Shown here one piece after another: positions 35,475-35,573 of a stretch of 35,573 bases of DNA; position 1 is the stretch's first letter; every line of letters begins with the position of its first letter. A program made the translations under genes and the position numbers. Origin of the DNA: a virus. Lineage: Duplodnaviria > Caudoviricetes. The notes beneath the pieces were generated by a model. That model saw nothing but the letters and a program-made list of their open reading frames with translations, had not been told where the DNA came from and did no database searches. The stretch spans positions 1 to 35,573 of the IMG/VR virus record IMGVR_UViG_3300037882_002449; one strand, given 5' to 3'.

Positions 35475-35522
35475 ATTTCAGACAGGACGTTGCTGCCCGT
35501 TGGCTGCGCCGACTTGTTCGAC
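35435..35522 (-). mobile_element. attC-like site H (terminal)
   Basis: CCCGAAC..GGCCAGCCACGGGCGG pairs CTGCCCG(T)TGGCTG(C)GCC..TTGTTCGAC. Confidence 0.85.
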
Positions 35523-35573
35523 CCCGAGCGGAGGGCTTCCGCAGTAACCGTATAGACCCAAGACAATGACAAC

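Noticed and set aside
33250-35522. CRISPR array
   Set aside because: Repeats are divergent 88-131 bp hairpins separated by 200-300 bp coding segments; no cas genes (the Cas4-like nuclease sits with Bet).
33423-35522. Hairpins as intrinsic terminators
   Set aside because: They overlap coding sequence, have long loops containing start codons and mostly lack U tracts.
1-35573. Diversity-generating retroelement as in BPP-1
   Set aside because: No reverse transcriptase motif and no TR/VR pair differing only at adenines was seen.
1-35573. TAG stop-codon reassignment suggested by abundant CTAG
   Set aside because: Core genes are full length in the standard code and several end in TAG; CTAG falls out of frame (CTA-G, GCT-AG).

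Overview
Apparently near-complete, circularly permuted 35.6 kb genome of a podovirus-type tailed phage. All convincing genes are on the + strand. It has a BPP-1/T7-like morphogenesis module (portal, scaffold, capsid, tail tubular A/B, internal virion proteins including a 2669-aa polyvalent protein with two ART-like domains), a lysis module (holin-like, matrixin protease, CHAP endolysin), a lambdoid-type recombination/replication module (Bet, PD-(D/E)XK nuclease, SSB, initiator, DnaC-like loader) and terminases. No integrase, CI repressor, DNA/RNA polymerase or reverse transcriptase is recognisable. The standout is 33250-35522: an array of short ORFs separated by about 90-130 bp imperfect hairpins with integron attC architecture (GAAC...GTTC cores, extrahelical C and T). 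The sites lie antisense to the genes. Each site encodes the upstream gene's C-terminal tail and stop and the downstream gene's start and leader. The AAC crossover triplet is always an in-frame Asn, and each cassette's two ends are complementary to each other (7-10 bp), as expected for cassettes integrated from excised circles. This suggests a phage-borne, shufflable, self-coupling cassette operon that would need a host integron integrase. Product calls come from motif recognition and synteny by eye; no database searches were run.
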